Of a stretch of DNA of 64,000 nt, positions 11,790-24,811 are shown in pieces. Source of the DNA: Carcharhinus amblyrhynchos. Its lineage: Eukaryota. A program made the position numbers and the translations under genes. The notes under the pieces were generated by a model, which searched no databases, was not told the origin of the DNA, and saw only the letters and a program-made list of their open reading frames with translations. Each line of letters opens with the position of its first letter. The stretch's first letter is position 1. The DNA lies in assembly GCA_965287045.1 (NCBI GenBank), contig OZ336886.1, forward strand, positions 45,818,001 to 45,882,000, given 5' to 3'.

Positions 11790-12960
11790 CTGGAGAGAGA
11801 CAGGTTTCCAAAGCTTTTCAGCTTGTACTCATCAGGACAAATGCAAGAATACCAAATTTCAAACCATCACTCTTTATATGATTAGAGTAAAGGGTACTGA
11901 TTTATACCACAGGAGAGAAGAAATTCTAATTGGCCAAGGCCATGCTGAGGAAAACGTTAAGGGGAACTATATTTTTCTGGATAATTCAAATTACAGAGCA
12001 AGAAACAAAGAACAAAGAAAATTACAGCACAGGAACAGACCCTTCGGCCCTCCAAGCCTGCGCTGACCAAGCTGCTTGACTTATCTAAAACCCCCTACCC
12101 TTCCGGGGACCATACCCCTCTATTCCCATCTTATTCCTGTTTTTGTCAAGATGCCCCTTACAAGTCACTATCACATCCACTTCTACTGCCTCCCCCAGCA
12201 ACGAGTTCCAGGCATCCACCACCCCCTGTGTAAAAGATCTGTCTTGTACATCTCCTTTAAACCTCGTCCCCTCACACCTTAAACCTGTATCCCTTAGTAA
12301 CTGACTCTTCCATCCTGGGAAAAAGTTTGAACATATTCTCATTATATGCAGAGAACTGGTCTCTGCGTATGAATGTATGTTGCTTCTAGAAGGCATGATT
12401 GAACCATGTTGTGAGCTTGACTGATTATCTTCAATTGGTTATTAGTGTAGCTATTAGCGCACTCAGGATTATCCAGTGAGTACTGCCCTGGTCACACAAT
12501 CATGCCCAACAGTAAAGATTTGGTTTGAGTTTTGCAAGTACAGGCTAGTTGGGTAGTCTGCAGTCTGCCTATTACGAACATCCAGAGGAACACGTTGCTT
12601 GGTTCCAGTTGGTCAGTTGCTGCGATACAAGGCCAAGCCTCTGGCCTCTCGCCGACACTGAAACCGCCAGTTATCCGGTTTGTCCAAATCCCTTTTGAAT
12701 GGTTAATCTTGAACCTGCTTCCACCAGCCTTTTGGACAGCATATTTCAAGATCAGAACACAAGGTTTCTTTGGAAAGATTTCTTTCCCACCAGTTCCCTC
12801 GCATGAGAAACCCAATATTTCAGTTCCAGTACACCTTACAGAGTGGGAACCAGAGCATTGGTATGCAGACATGGGCTTTCGTTGTGGTGCCAGCTATCCT
12901 GTGTTTAGAACGGACAATCCAGCTTTCTTTTGAAATGTCAGGCATCGCAATTGTATGGCA
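11790..12960 (-). mobile_element. Degenerate Penelope-like element split by a CR1 3' insertion
   Basis: Colinear with 2651-3460; minus-strand RFQCRREAR (GIY-YIG-like); CTGATGA..GAAAAGCTT on the minus strand at 11811-11835. Confidence 0.7.
12001..12330 (-). mobile_element. CR1 3' end
   Basis: FTQGVVDAWNSL..KGHLDK; AAGAACAAAG tail. Confidence 0.88.
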
Positions 12961-13206
12961 ATAAAGAATCTAATGAGCAGAGGGGGAGTGTAAAGTCACA
13001 GTGACTCCAATTGTACATGGTTAATGAAGACTATTTCAGTTTTTATACAATTAAAAACACGTCCAAGTCCCGATTTAACCCGTCCAAAGCCACACTCCAT
13101 GGAAGTCAGCATCACAGAGGTTGGTTATCCAGGGTGGCACAGTGTGTGTTACTGTCTTTACTGTACAATTTAACATTTTTAAACTCTCATCCTTATTTTC
13201 AAACTA

Positions 13207-13370
13207 CTGTGTGGGTTAGGTGGATTGGCCATGCTTAAAATTGCCCCTTAATGTCAGGGGGATTAGCTAGGGTAAATGCATGGGGTTATGGGGATAGGAC
13301 CTGAGTGGGATTGTGGTTGATGCAGATGGGCCAAATGGCTTCCTTTTGCATAGTAGGATTCTGTGATTCT
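13207..13370 (+). mobile_element. HE1 SINE 3' half
   Basis: GGTTAGGTGGATTGGCCATGC..GGATTCTGTGATTCT. Confidence 0.8.
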
Positions 13371-13814
13371 TCTTTCTATTTCTGTAATCCCTCCAGCCCT
13401 ACTCCCAGGTCACCTTACTCCCCCAATTCTGGTCTCTTCAGGCATCTGAGATTTCAATTGCTTCAACATTTTGCATCTCACTGCTCTCCCTCTCTGTCCC
13501 TTTTTAAGAACTTTCCTTAAAAATTAACATATGCCAAGGACATCTGTGCTGGCTTGCCAACATTTAACCGATGGATAACAGCTGTATATCCAAAGACCTT
13601 CTATGCGGTGAAATGGCCACAGATGCCGAACCTCCAGGGGATACATAGCTGCACTACAAAAACATCAGCAAGCAAGAGGAAGATGACAAATGTTGACACT
13701 GACAATTGGGAGTTGCGAATGGAGGCTGACTGTTTCGAAGAGGTGACGAGAAGCGGAAAATGCAATTGGCTCAGAAAAGGACCCAGGGATAGGTGACACG
13801 AACAGGGTGAAAGA

Positions 13815-14112
13815 CTCAATTAGTAAGGGGGCATAAGTTTAAGATGCGAGGGGCAAGGTTTAAAAGAGATGTATGAGGCAAGTTTTTTTTACACCGAGAG
13901 CTGTGGGTGCCGGGAACTCGCTGCCGGGGGAGGTAGTGGAAGTGGATACAATAGTGACTTTTAAGAGCTGTCTTGGCAAATACATGAATAGGAAGGAATT
14001 GGAGGGATATGGTCCCCAGAAGAGTTGGGGGTTTTAGTTCAGATGGGCAGCATGGTTGGTGCAGGCTTGGAGAGCCGAAGCCTGTTTCTGTGCTGTTATT
14101 TTCTTTGTTCTT
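13815..14112 (+). mobile_element. CR1 3' end
   Basis: Same subfamily as 12001, 15690 and 61745 (AACTCGCTGCCGGGGGAGG). Confidence 0.88.
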
Positions 14113-14829
14113 TATCTTTACCAGACTGAGTTTTAAGCACAATATAAACAAACCCCTCATTTCTAAACTCAATAAAGCCTGTTGCACAGTGTTTCTTGGT
14201 TAAGTACAGACACTGACTTATCAGCTTTATCACTGATACAATCACGTGAGGCATGGGAAAGTAAAGGCCAGGTCCTGACATCTGCTCCCTGGATTGTAAC
14301 AAGAGCGGAAACCTGACCGGAGGGAATCAAACATGGGATTCCACTCCACAAAGTGCACTGTTCATAGACTCCAGGAAGAATGGTCTCCAATAGTTGTACC
14401 TGTCCCCCGGCAGCGCTGGTCACCAAAGCAAAACAATTACTTCCCACCTCACGCTTTGCCCAAGGTGAAACTCGCACTGTTTTGTTTTAGCTATCACTCA
14501 GCGACACCAATCGTGCCGGAATTTTACTGGCACGCCCGCCTGCCAAATCGGGGCGGGTGAGGCTCACAGAACAGCATTCTCCTCTGGCCTCTCGTGAGAT
14601 CTGATGAGCCTCGGGCAAGCGAGGTGGTAAAATTCTGTCACAAGTCCCGCAAAGGAACTTTCTCTCCGCTCCTCCCCCGCCGACCATCTACCCCAAACTG
14701 TGTTCAGTCACGGCAGAAAGCAGCAATCAAGCCACATATTTCAAGACAGGATCCAAACTCTGCTAAGGCAGGTGACACTTTGCCCGCTCTCTCTTCCCTG
14801 GCCTCTCCCCTATACATGGGCCAGTCATA

Positions 14830-15688
14830 ATGAAGAACAGGGAAGCCAATTGGCATCGAACGCGTGGGGCATTAATACAGAGAATTATGTGAAGGGTTCA
14901 CCTGCTATCTCAATCTTGTCAAAAACTATTTATTTACTCAGTCTATTGGCTCCTATAAGGCAAACACACAGGCTGAGCAAAATATTCCCCGTTAAATATT
15001 TACATGCTCATTAAAATTCAGCAGCGTAACAGATTACAGAATGAGCTAATTCACACTTGTAAATGTAACCAAAATATTTAAAATCGCCATGGCATATACT
15101 GAGTGGGGGGTAGCTGCAGAGGGAGTAGCATATATCCAGGCAGCACGTTACACTTTGTTTTCAGCGTGTCTGGGGCCCCTCCTGAACTACAAGCTGACCG
15201 ATTTACGTTTATGCAGTGCAGATCAATTATTCAAAAACCTTCACATTTCATCCAGCCAGCCGTCTATTGCAAAGAGTAATAAACACAGACGCCACGGGGA
15301 GCTATTCCGCAGGATCCAGTGATGTGCTCATTTACACTCCATTCAAGATACACTTGGCCCAAATGCCGATGCGATTTTTTTTTAGGGCCTGCAAATTAAT
15401 TATTCAAGACTTCACGATTCATTTGTTCCACCAGATATTCTGGAAACTAACGTGATAAGGTTCAAAATAAAAGCATCTCCCTGCAAATCACAAGGGGCTT
15501 TCGTGGTCGCAGAGACCCTCTTGTCAATTCAGTTCCCTGATCACACCTCTCGTGTACAAAATACTTGTCAAGTGCTTGCAATGGATCAGGCTGAAGCCCC
15601 CCTCCACCCCCCCACCTCCGGCTGCTGATAAATTCAGGGGCCCGTGGTACACAACAAGATCATACAAACTGTAATCAGGTTAATAGCC
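14830..15688. promoter_or_regulatory. Candidate conserved non-coding element cluster
   Basis: About 850 bp without recognisable repeats, CpGs retained, many TAAT/TGACA/TGATAA motifs; inference. Confidence 0.4.
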
Positions 15689-15689
15689 A

Positions 15690-15921
15690 GATAGGCTTTT
15701 CACACAGAGGGTGGTGGGTGCCTGGAACTCGCTGCCGGGGGAGGGTAGTGGAACCAGATACGATAGTGACTTTTAAGGGGCAAATACATGAGTAGAATGG
15801 GAATACAGGGATATGATCCCTGAAAAGGTTTTAGCTTAGTCGGGCAGCATGGTCAGTGCAGGCTTGGGGGAGAGGGGGGTACGAAGGGTCTGTTCCTGTG
15901 CTGTAATTTTCTTTGTTCTTT
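15690..15921 (+). mobile_element. CR1 3' end
   Basis: CACAGAGGGTGGTGGGTGCCTGGAACTCGCTG; TTCTTTG tail. Confidence 0.87.
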
Positions 15922-15924
15922 GCA

Positions 15925-16262
15925 ATGGCACGGTGGCACAGTGGTTAGCACTGTTGCCTCACAGCTCTAGGGACCTGGGTTCAATTCCTGACTTGGGTCA
16001 CTGTCTGTGTGGAGTTTACACATTCTCCCTGTGTTTGCGTGTGTTTCCTCCGGGTGCTCCAGTTTCCTCCCACAGTCCAAAGATGTGTGGGTTAGGTTGG
16101 TTGGACATGTTCCATTAACCCTTAGCGTCCTGGGATGTGATAGTTACCTTGCTACTCCCTGTAACCTAAGTAGGATAGGGCCGAGGTGGGATTGTTGTCA
16201 GTGCAGACTTGATGGGCCAAATGGTCTCTTTCTGCACTGTAGGATTTCTATGATTTTATGAT
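15925..16262 (+). mobile_element. HE1 V-SINE
   Basis: Complete head, V-domain and CR1-type tail. Confidence 0.9.
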
Positions 16263-16844
16263 GCTATGGTAATAATCCCAGGTAAACAAGTCAATGAAAG
16301 GAGGACTGCTGATTTTAATAGCTTCTACTGTCTGCAGGAGGAGGGGTGGCAGGGTTATGCACTTACTGCACAGCTGACAATGTGGCATTCTGTTCAGTCT
16401 AGCAGGTGATGACACAGGTAGTAGTGCTCCTAGCTCAGAGTCAGAAAACTGTGGGTTCAAACCCCCACCCCTCCCCCAACCCAATCCATAAACATTAAGG
16501 TTATGAAAATCCTGGAGTTTTTCGTGACACATAACATGTGACACATCTTTCCGATCTGACGTGCCTGAAGGTACAAAGTGCTGACTGAAGGATTTTTAGC
16601 TTGTTCATTAAAACTGAACTAAAATAATTGAACTAAAGTCACAAGGCTGCAGGAAGAGAGCGGCTGATTGGGATTGATTGGGTTGGTTTACAGAGAGTCA
16701 GCATGAACTTAATGGGCCAAAGGGCCTCCTGTGTCAGAATGATTCTCATTCTATGAGGGGTGGCGAGCATAGAAGCTAGGCAGGTACTGAGATGGTTATA
16801 TCAACCTCTTGGTGTTCTCTCAGATTCCCATAGTGCTATTTATA

Positions 16845-16848
16845 CAAG

Positions 16849-16880
<32 letters not shown>

Positions 16881-18160
16881 CTTGTATTTATATAGCTGCT
16901 TTAATGCATCAAAACATCCCAAAGCACTTCAAAGAGACATTAGCAAACAAAATTTGACACCGAGCCACATGAAGTTGATGGCCAAACCTTAATCAACGAG
17001 GTGGATTTTAAAAGGGGGCATAAGAGGAAGAGAGAGGCAAGAAGAGTTTTAGAGAGGGAATTCCAGGGCTCAGGACCTCAGGCAACTGAAGGTAGAACAG
17101 TGGAGCAATTAAAACCGGGGATGTTCTGGAGGCCTGAATTGGGTGATTGTAGATATCTGGGAGGGTTGTGGGGTTGGAAGGGATTATAGATAGGGTGAGA
17201 CAAGGCCACAGAGAAGGATTCTAAAATCAAGGCATTGCTTGACTCTGAACCCATGTAGGTCAGTGAGCAGAGGGGCGATGGGTAAACAGGACTTGGGGCA
17301 GCAGAGCTTTGTATGACCTCAAGTTTAGAGAGAGTGCAGAGATGGGAGGATGGCCTGGAATGTGCTACTTCTGGAACTGACAATACAGGCTGGGATGAAA
17401 GTTGCCCCAGTAGATGAGTTGAGGCAAGCACAGAGTCAGGCAGCGTTACAGCCAGAGAAATAGGCAGTCTTAGTGATAATGCAAATATACGATCTTGGGA
17501 CCAAACATGACACCAAGGCTGCTGTTACAAATCAGGTTGGATACTTCAAGATGTTCTAATGAAGCTCGCCTGTCTGGTAACATGAATTTGGCAAGGATGA
17601 GCATGAAATGTTTCACTCCAGATGTGATTCAAATGACGCATGAGGAGCTCTTATCAAAAACAAAGTTTAATTAGGGATATTATTGGCATGTATAGTAAGA
17701 CAATCCGCAATTTAACAATTACAATCAAGAAACACAACAACCATGATAACTCTTAAGGAAATATCTCTAATGTGTTCCAATCAAAGCTAACATCCAATAC
17801 ACAAAACCCTCCAAATAAACACAATACAGCATAGGTTAATCCCCACTTGTTACAGGAATCCTGTCTCCTGGGTCGAATGCTGAAAATCTTTTGCGAAGAG
17901 ACTCAGAAGAGGTTGTAGTCAAACCTGTTTCCCAAAACACGGCTTCTTAATGAGAAGAACAGAGGGAGACAGACTGCTTCTTAGCTCGCTGCTAAAACTA
18001 CTTCCAACAACACATTCCCCAAAACAAAACTGAGCCAGTGGACTGATGGTGACCAAAAACAAAATGGTTTTGGTCTTTCCAATAGCTAGCTGGAAAAAAT
18101 TTCTGCTCACCCAGTACTGGATATCAGACAAACAATGTGACAATTTACAGACAGTGGGGG
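16845..18160 (-). mobile_element. L2 LINE 3' region with (AAC)n tail, interrupted by an LTR-like segment
   Basis: (AAC)n at 16849-16880; ORF remnants KLEVIQSSAA and HCLSDIQYWVSRNFFQLAIGKTK. Confidence 0.8.
17523..18050 (-). mobile_element. Probable partial solo LTR
   Basis: Starts TGTTACA exactly where L2 similarity stops; L2 resumes near 18050. Confidence 0.45.
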
Positions 18161-18679
18161 AGAAATATTGGCCAGAACACCGGGGGATTGGGGGGACTAC
18201 AATTTGTCTTTAAATCACGTCATAGCTACATGTCCATTGAATTCACCAAAATCAGCAAGACAACACTTTGGTTCATTGACTCAACTAAAGGATAGACCCC
18301 CCAGAAGTGCATTGGTCACACTAGAGTAGCTGCTCAAATCTCTGAAGCAGGTCTTAAACCCCAAACACGCTGACTCTTGAAAGGCTAAAGGCTGACCCAA
18401 ATCATGTTGGGGCATTTAGAGGTTTATCAATAGACATTATACCAAAGCTACTGTGTTTTAATGCAACTGGGAGCTCCAAACATTAGGTTAGGACATGGCC
18501 AAGGTGTCACGTGTCCATGTGCTGGGGTGGTATTTGTGACATGCTGTAACAAGAGAGAGAGATTTTCATTCAACGGCCAAGTGACTCCTGTTGTAAATTT
18601 ATTTATTTCAAGATGCCCAGACTCATATCTGCAAACCTGTCGACTTGGATCAATAGAAAATATATTCTTTTCTCTTGAT

Positions 18680-19070
18680 GACAGATTGGCTCTTTATCCA
18701 ATTGAGTTTAGGAGAATGAGAAGTGATCCTATTTTAACACACAAGATCCTGAGGTGAACTGACAGGGTGAGTAACGTAAGGATATTTCCCCTCGTGGGAG
18801 GGACTATAGCCAGGGGAAACAGTTCAAAAATAAGACGGAGCTGAGAAGTTTTTTTTTCCTCTCAGAGGATTGTTAAGTCTGTGGAAGTCAGAGACCAGCA
18901 AACGCTGGGTCATTGACTATTTTTCAGACCAAGTTGGATAGAACAGCAAGGGAATCAAAGGGTACAGGGATAGATAGGAAAGTCGAGTTGAGGACACAAA
19001 CAGATCAGCAATAATCTTATTGAAGGCTCAAAGAATTCAATGGCCTCCTCTATAATTTGTGTGTTTGTTT
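18680..19070 (+). mobile_element. Old CR1 3' fragment
   Basis: LALYPIEFRRMRSDPILTHKILR remnant. Confidence 0.75.
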
Positions 19071-19341
19071 GTTCATGTGAAAATATGAGCATAGGTGAGG
19101 GCAACTCACAATGAGTTGTGGAATTTGCACGTCATTGTTTAAGGATGGCCAACACCCAAAGACTGTGGAGTTTCTTAACTGCCGGTGTTAATGTTTCATA
19201 ATGGACAAATGGATCAAAACTCAATGCCCCCTATCAACTTCCCATTACTTTACAACAGCCTCCACTATCCAAACCAGACTGGGTGGACTTCAGAAGTGTT
19301 AACCTAATGGTCAATCCGATCGAAACGAGACTGGAGATAAT

Positions 19342-19467
19342 GGGTGGAACTTCCCCATTCCTTCCGCCATAGGGATCGTATCGGGTAGGACAGGACCATG
19401 CAAAAGTCCACTGAACTCAGGCTGGATTTTCCGGTCTTGGGGTGAGCACGGACAGAAAATCCCTCCC
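19342..19467. mobile_element. Short MITE
   Basis: GGGTGGAACTT..GAAAATCCCTCCC; homologous to 3462, 50734 and 57297. Confidence 0.55.
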
Positions 19468-19839
19468 AAAGACTGAGACCGGGGAAAACTGCAGAAGAAC
19501 ACTGACAAAACAAATCGGCTGCGGAGAAAGGGTGTGCTGTTTTTGCCTTTTAATACCCATTGGTAGTTAGCCAGTTTGAGAACAGGATTCAAACTAGCTG
19601 CAAGTCATCAAGCAGCCAAAGTACTAAACCTGTTCCAGTTTCAAAGTTCAGCTGAGGTATTTGACTAAAAGTAACCTTGCAAGTTGCTGTGAACCCTTTC
19701 CTTTAGAAAATCCTCACTTTAACTTGAAACCATCAAATCCATTGAACGAACCATAAGCCTTGTCATTTGGGAGACTAGAAATTGTATATCAGAGACTAAA
19801 TTAACTGTAATCTGGAAAATTGCACAACCTTTATCTGTA

Positions 19840-19843
<4 letters not shown>

Positions 19844-19880
<37 letters not shown>

Positions 19881-19927
19881 TGAGTGAGAGAGGGGGAGAG
19901 AGAGAGAGAGAGAGAGAGCGCGCGCGC
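19844..19927. repeat. (GT)n(GA)n(GC)n compound microsatellite inside an LTR-like segment ending TGACA at 20103
   Basis: Directly visible. Confidence 0.9.
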
Positions 19928-20719
19928 AAGCCTACTGTGTTTATTTGGGGTAAGTGAGTATAAATAACCTTGTTTTAAACTCACAAAAGCACGCTGCTGA
20001 ATTTTTTAATTGTAATACACAGTCCAAAGATAAGAAAAGTCTTCTTTCCATATAAAACATACTGATTGTGAGTGGTCAGAGAAGATACATACTGCCGGTG
20101 ACAATATAGTCATATCTGGTCATGATTTTAAACACCTCTATTACACTTGCTTTTAACTGTCCCTGATCCAAGGAGTACGATCCCAACTTTGACAGTCTCT
20201 CCACCTAACTCCCTCATCTCTGACAATATTCTAGTAAATGACTCCTGCACTCTCTCCAAAACCTTGATGCAGTTTCTAAAATGTAGCGCCAAGAATTGGA
20301 TACAATGCCTCCTCAGGTGTTGAGTGGAGACATGAGCTACCTCTCACAGCAGATCTTACTGAGGAACTCAATGGGATGTGCATCATGGTCTGGGACTCAT
20401 GGCCACAATCACACCTTAGTTCAATTTTGCAGCTTTCTCAGGCCTGAGTTAGAAGGTTGCAGCACCAGAATGATAGGGAGCGGGATAGCTTGATCTTGGT
20501 TTCAGACAAAGCTTGGCACAACATCAAGGGCCAAAGGGCCTGTAATGTGCTATACTGTTCTATGATTAATCCCCTTTCTATGATTCAAGCATTTAAATGT
20601 AAGCTGAAATACACTGCAGTGTCAGACAGAGGAGCTGCTACCTTGTCCTTGGATGGTGACAGGATCTGCTAAAGATTCCTCAGCATCATTTGGAAGACAA
20701 CAGCAATGCACCTACCAAC

Positions 20720-20985
20720 CAAAGCCTACTTGCCAACCAATCAACACGCTCTACTCTTGCATTATAAATTGTTGTTCCCTTTGAAATGTGGTATTCCAGC
20801 ATCCGTCCTGACGCGTTAATAGTTATGTGGCCCCGAGCAAAATTGATTAGGACAGATAGGTATGGCTAGCACAGACACGATGGGCCGAAGGGCCTCTTTT
20901 TGCGCTGTAAAACTTTGTGATTCAATGAGTGCAAGATGAAAAGTTTTGACAGCGTCTCTCCTTTTTCATCAGATCCCAAGTTCTG
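20720..20985 (+). mobile_element. Penelope terminal repeat interrupted by a CR1 tail
   Basis: TTTGAAATGTGGTATTCC..TCCTG / ATGAGTGCAAGATGAAAAG; CR1 tail at about 20845-20925. Confidence 0.55.
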
Positions 20986-22719
20986 TAGATTACTCCCAGG
21001 CGATTAGTAATAATCTTGATGATGATTAATTAATTTCTCCACTTTAAAAATGTCACAACGTTTTGGCTGCAGGGCAAAGTTCCCGCTTTCTAAAATAAAA
21101 ATCCAGATAATCTGGAGGAAGACTTAATGGCTCCCAGCCTATTTAACCCTTTAAAGGAAGGGAGACTTTTGATTGCGTAGTGCCTTCCAAATTATTTAAA
21201 CGCCAGTTCAATACATCTGAAATGTGGTCACTTTGTAATATAGGAAATGGGGTCGCCACACAGCAACGTAACAATGACCAGACAATCTGTTTGTAATATT
21301 GGTCAAAGAGTAAATGATTTGAACGTAAAATCCTTTTTGCCCGCCAGCTAATGAAGATCAGTTAAGACTCAGCCCTAGAAATGCCACCACCGGGTGCCCG
21401 TTTCCCGCTGCCTGATCCCATTCCCAGACCCCCGACTTCATAAACTTCACATCTCTTTGTCCGTTGCAAGGAGTCACTCCGCCAGTGAGCAGAAAGAGCT
21501 ACTTTACCATTCCATACCAATATACTTACCCAGAGGCGGAGCGAGCCATTTACCGACACTGTAACAGTTATTGACTCAAAAGAGTTTGCATACCTCAATA
21601 ACACAGAGCGGATAATCGAACAACAAAGCCAAGATTATTCAGCTGTCCTTCATATCATGCCGACAGCCAGTGGCAAAACATCTGTAACCTATTATCAGCG
21701 CAGCGACACATCTGTGCAACAGCCCACAAAATTTCCCCGGGTTGATTCAATCCTCTGCAACTGTTTTCTTGTTTGCACACGACTCCAAGTTGTGAAGGTT
21801 TAATAAGTTTTCTTCACTTCATAATCCTCTCTCCCATGCTCTCTTGGGGAGGGCGGAGGGTGGTTTAAGTCATAACCCACATCCAGCCGGCAACTATGAA
21901 GGCAGATCGCTCAGAGGCCGATGTCCAAATGCCACCTTCATACCGAGTGCTCACAACCACTTCCTGAAACCACCCTCCAAATCACCAACTCTTCCAGTCA
22001 GGGGAGGTAGCTTCAACAATGAGTGAACTGGGTTGAAAACCATCAACATAGCTCAGGCGTGAGCTGGGAGGGTTGAGTATGCAATGGTTTCAGCGGCTGG
22101 AATGAAAGCTTCCCAGTCAACGAGACATGGGCTGAATTCTCAGGCCTACTTGTCATAGCATACCATTGACAGATCAAGGTGAGGGAGCCAGGCCCAGATT
22201 GCAGGACAGCAACAAGCTTCAAAAGTTTTATTCTTAAATTAGCAGTGACTCAGAGACACCGGCTGTGGTTTTTTCAAAAGCCTAAAGATCACAAAATGAG
22301 AAAGAGACTGGGAGAGGAAAGGAGTTCTGCCATACTGGGGTCCCAGCAAAGAAAGGGTTAAAAGTATGAGACTGGCTGATGAGTCATATATGTTTGGAAC
22401 AGTGGGCGGTGATGATCGTTCTGGAATTTGTAACTTGACTTCCTTTCACCTTGTTGACTTAAAGTGGGAGGAGACTCAAGAGCAGCACAACTATTGGCAA
22501 ATATTGATTTGTTGGGCTGAATGGCCTGTTTGTGTGCTGTAAATCCTTCATCATTCAGGGAATAAGGAAGTTAAGAGGAGCACAGCCGATGGTGGTACCG
22601 CTTAAAACAGAGCGAGGCAAGGCGAGGTTGCTCTATGAACATGAAGGGGGAGGCAAAGATGGACGTTACAAATCAAAGTTAATCCCTGTACCTTGTCAGG
22701 GAATACAAGGAGCTTGAAA

Positions 22720-23462
22720 AGGAAAAAAAAATACTTGCACCTACGTAGTATCGTTCGCATACTCTGGCTGTCCCAAAGTGTGCTGGAGCCAATTATGTAC
22801 TGTTGCTGTGTATCATAGGATCACAGAATCCCTACAGTGCAGAAGGAGGCCATTTGGCCCATCAGGCCTGCACTGTCAACAATCCCACCCAGGCCTTATC
22901 CCTGTAACCCCACATATTTACTCTGCCAATCCCACTGATACTAAGGGCAAATTTAGCATGGCCAATCACCTAACCTGCACATCTTTGGACTGAGAGAGGA
23001 AACTGGAGCACCCAGAGGAAACCCACACAGACAGAGGAAGAACTCCGCACAGGAAGAATTGACGTCGGGTCACTGTGCCACCATGCCACCCCTTGTAACC
23101 ACTGTGGTAAACGTAGCAGCAAACTTCTGCGCAGTGAGATCCCCCACAAGTAGCGGTGTGATAATGAGCCAATAATTTAAGCAGTAATGTTGACTAAGGG
23201 ATAGACTTTGACCAACAGACCAGAGATAATACCTCTATTCATATTCAAAATAGCAGACAGGATCTTTCACGTTCACCTTAAGAGGGTAGACAGAGGCTTG
23301 ATTTAACCCTTCATCTGAAAGACAGCATCACCAGTAATGCAGCACTCTTTCAGTACTGCACTCGAATGTCAGACCAGATTTTTGTGCTCAAAAATAGGAT
23401 GGGACTTGAACCCACAACCCTTGATCTCAGAGGCAGGAGGAACGATCCAATGAGCCGCGGTC
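22720..23462 (-). mobile_element. Near full-length Deu-domain SINE interrupted by HE1
   Basis: tRNA head at 23400-23460, CAGTACTGCAC and Deu motifs, L2-like tail near 22720. Confidence 0.7.
22813..23090 (-). mobile_element. HE1 V-SINE
   Basis: CAGAATCCCTACAGTGCAGAAGGAGGCC tail and V-domain. Confidence 0.88.
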
Positions 23463-23560
23463 TTCCTCAATCTGGAGGAAGCATTATCCAATTCTTGTGA
23501 TGGAGTTGGACTTTATAATTTGTTAAGATGTGTTGAAGAACAAGAATTTTGTTCTCCTTT

Positions 23561-23857
23561 CCACAGTGGCAAGCACTGCTGCCTCACAGTGCCAGGGATC
23601 TGGGTTCAATTCCGTCCTCGGGTCAATGTCTGTGTGGAGTTTGCACGTTCTCCCTGTGGCTGCGTGGATTTCCTCCCACAGTCCAAAGGTGCATGGGTTA
23701 GGTTGATTGACCATGCTAAATTGACCCTAGTGTCAGGGATTTAGTAGGGTAAAAATATGGGGTTATGGGAATATGGCCTAGGTGGGATTGTGGGTCGGTG
23801 CAGACCTGATGGGCCAAATAGCTTCCTTCTGCACTACAGGAATTCTACGGTTCTACG
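23561..23857 (+). mobile_element. HE1 V-SINE
   Basis: Head, V-domain and tail. Confidence 0.88.
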
Positions 23858-24279
23858 AGAATAAACACTATATGGGAAGATTCCCATGTTTGCTCGGTCA
23901 CACAGGCAGACGTAGCATGAGATTCAGTTCACTGTTTGTCTTACACTCAGCATTAGTAATCAGGTAATTATTACAACTGACTAGAGACTTTGTATTTAAA
24001 TATTATGCTTTGTTCAAATACTGGACACAACAGGGAAGAATGCCAATTTGAATTTAAAATTGTGCTTGGATCAGTCTACAGTTTTATCACTTGTTTGTCG
24101 AATATTGGTCTTCCTCATTGCTTTTTGTCAAGATTTTACCATGACCTGTGCTGCATTTGTAAGAAAGAATTCCAGGCATTAGAAGTTCTTACCACTTTGA
24201 CTCCTGAGTGTAAGACATAGACAGAAGACAAGAGATTTGCTCTGGTCTCACAGTACGTCATCTTAAACTGCCTCAAGCA

Positions 24280-24770
24280 GTGAGCGCTTGTTCACAGCCA
24301 CCTTGTTGCTACTTTTTACCTCTCTCGTTCCTTTCCACATAAATCACTGTCACCTCACTCTGCTGTTGCCACAGATCCAGCCTATTATCATGAGTCATCC
24401 AAATGCGCGAATCTGCCCAGTTCCAACTCTGGCATGGAAGGAATTAACTCGAGAGTGTGCAGTAAAACTCAATTTGATTTACCCCACAGGTTTTCCAAGG
24501 TTGCTTCTCTAATTCTGGTCTCTTGTGGATTCCCATTCAATAACTACTCCACCACTGATAGCCATGCCTTTGGTCGTCTCGACCCCCAAGGATTTCCTTC
24601 TCTCTGCCTCTCTAACTCTCTTTGGACACCCCCTCAAACTTACCTCTTTGATCAAGTTTTTGGCCATCTGACCTAATATCTCCTTGTGTGGCTCAGTGAC
24701 GTGTTTTATTTAATGCTCCTTTCTTCGGTTGTTTCATTGTGTTAAAGGGACTATGTAATTTATTGCTGTT
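24280..24770 (+). mobile_element. L2 3' end
   Basis: ACCTCTTTGATCAAGTTTTTGG..TGTGTGGCTCAGTG..TAAAGG. Confidence 0.7.
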
Positions 24771-24811
24771 GCTAATTGGTTATCAATCAACTTTGCAGTG
24801 GTGGTGACTAT

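Noticed and set aside
12492-12933. Overlapping 126- and 133-aa ORFs as exons
   Set aside because: They lie inside a decayed Penelope element
16848-16880. Poly-Thr coding repeat
   Set aside because: It is the (GTT)n tail of a minus-strand L2
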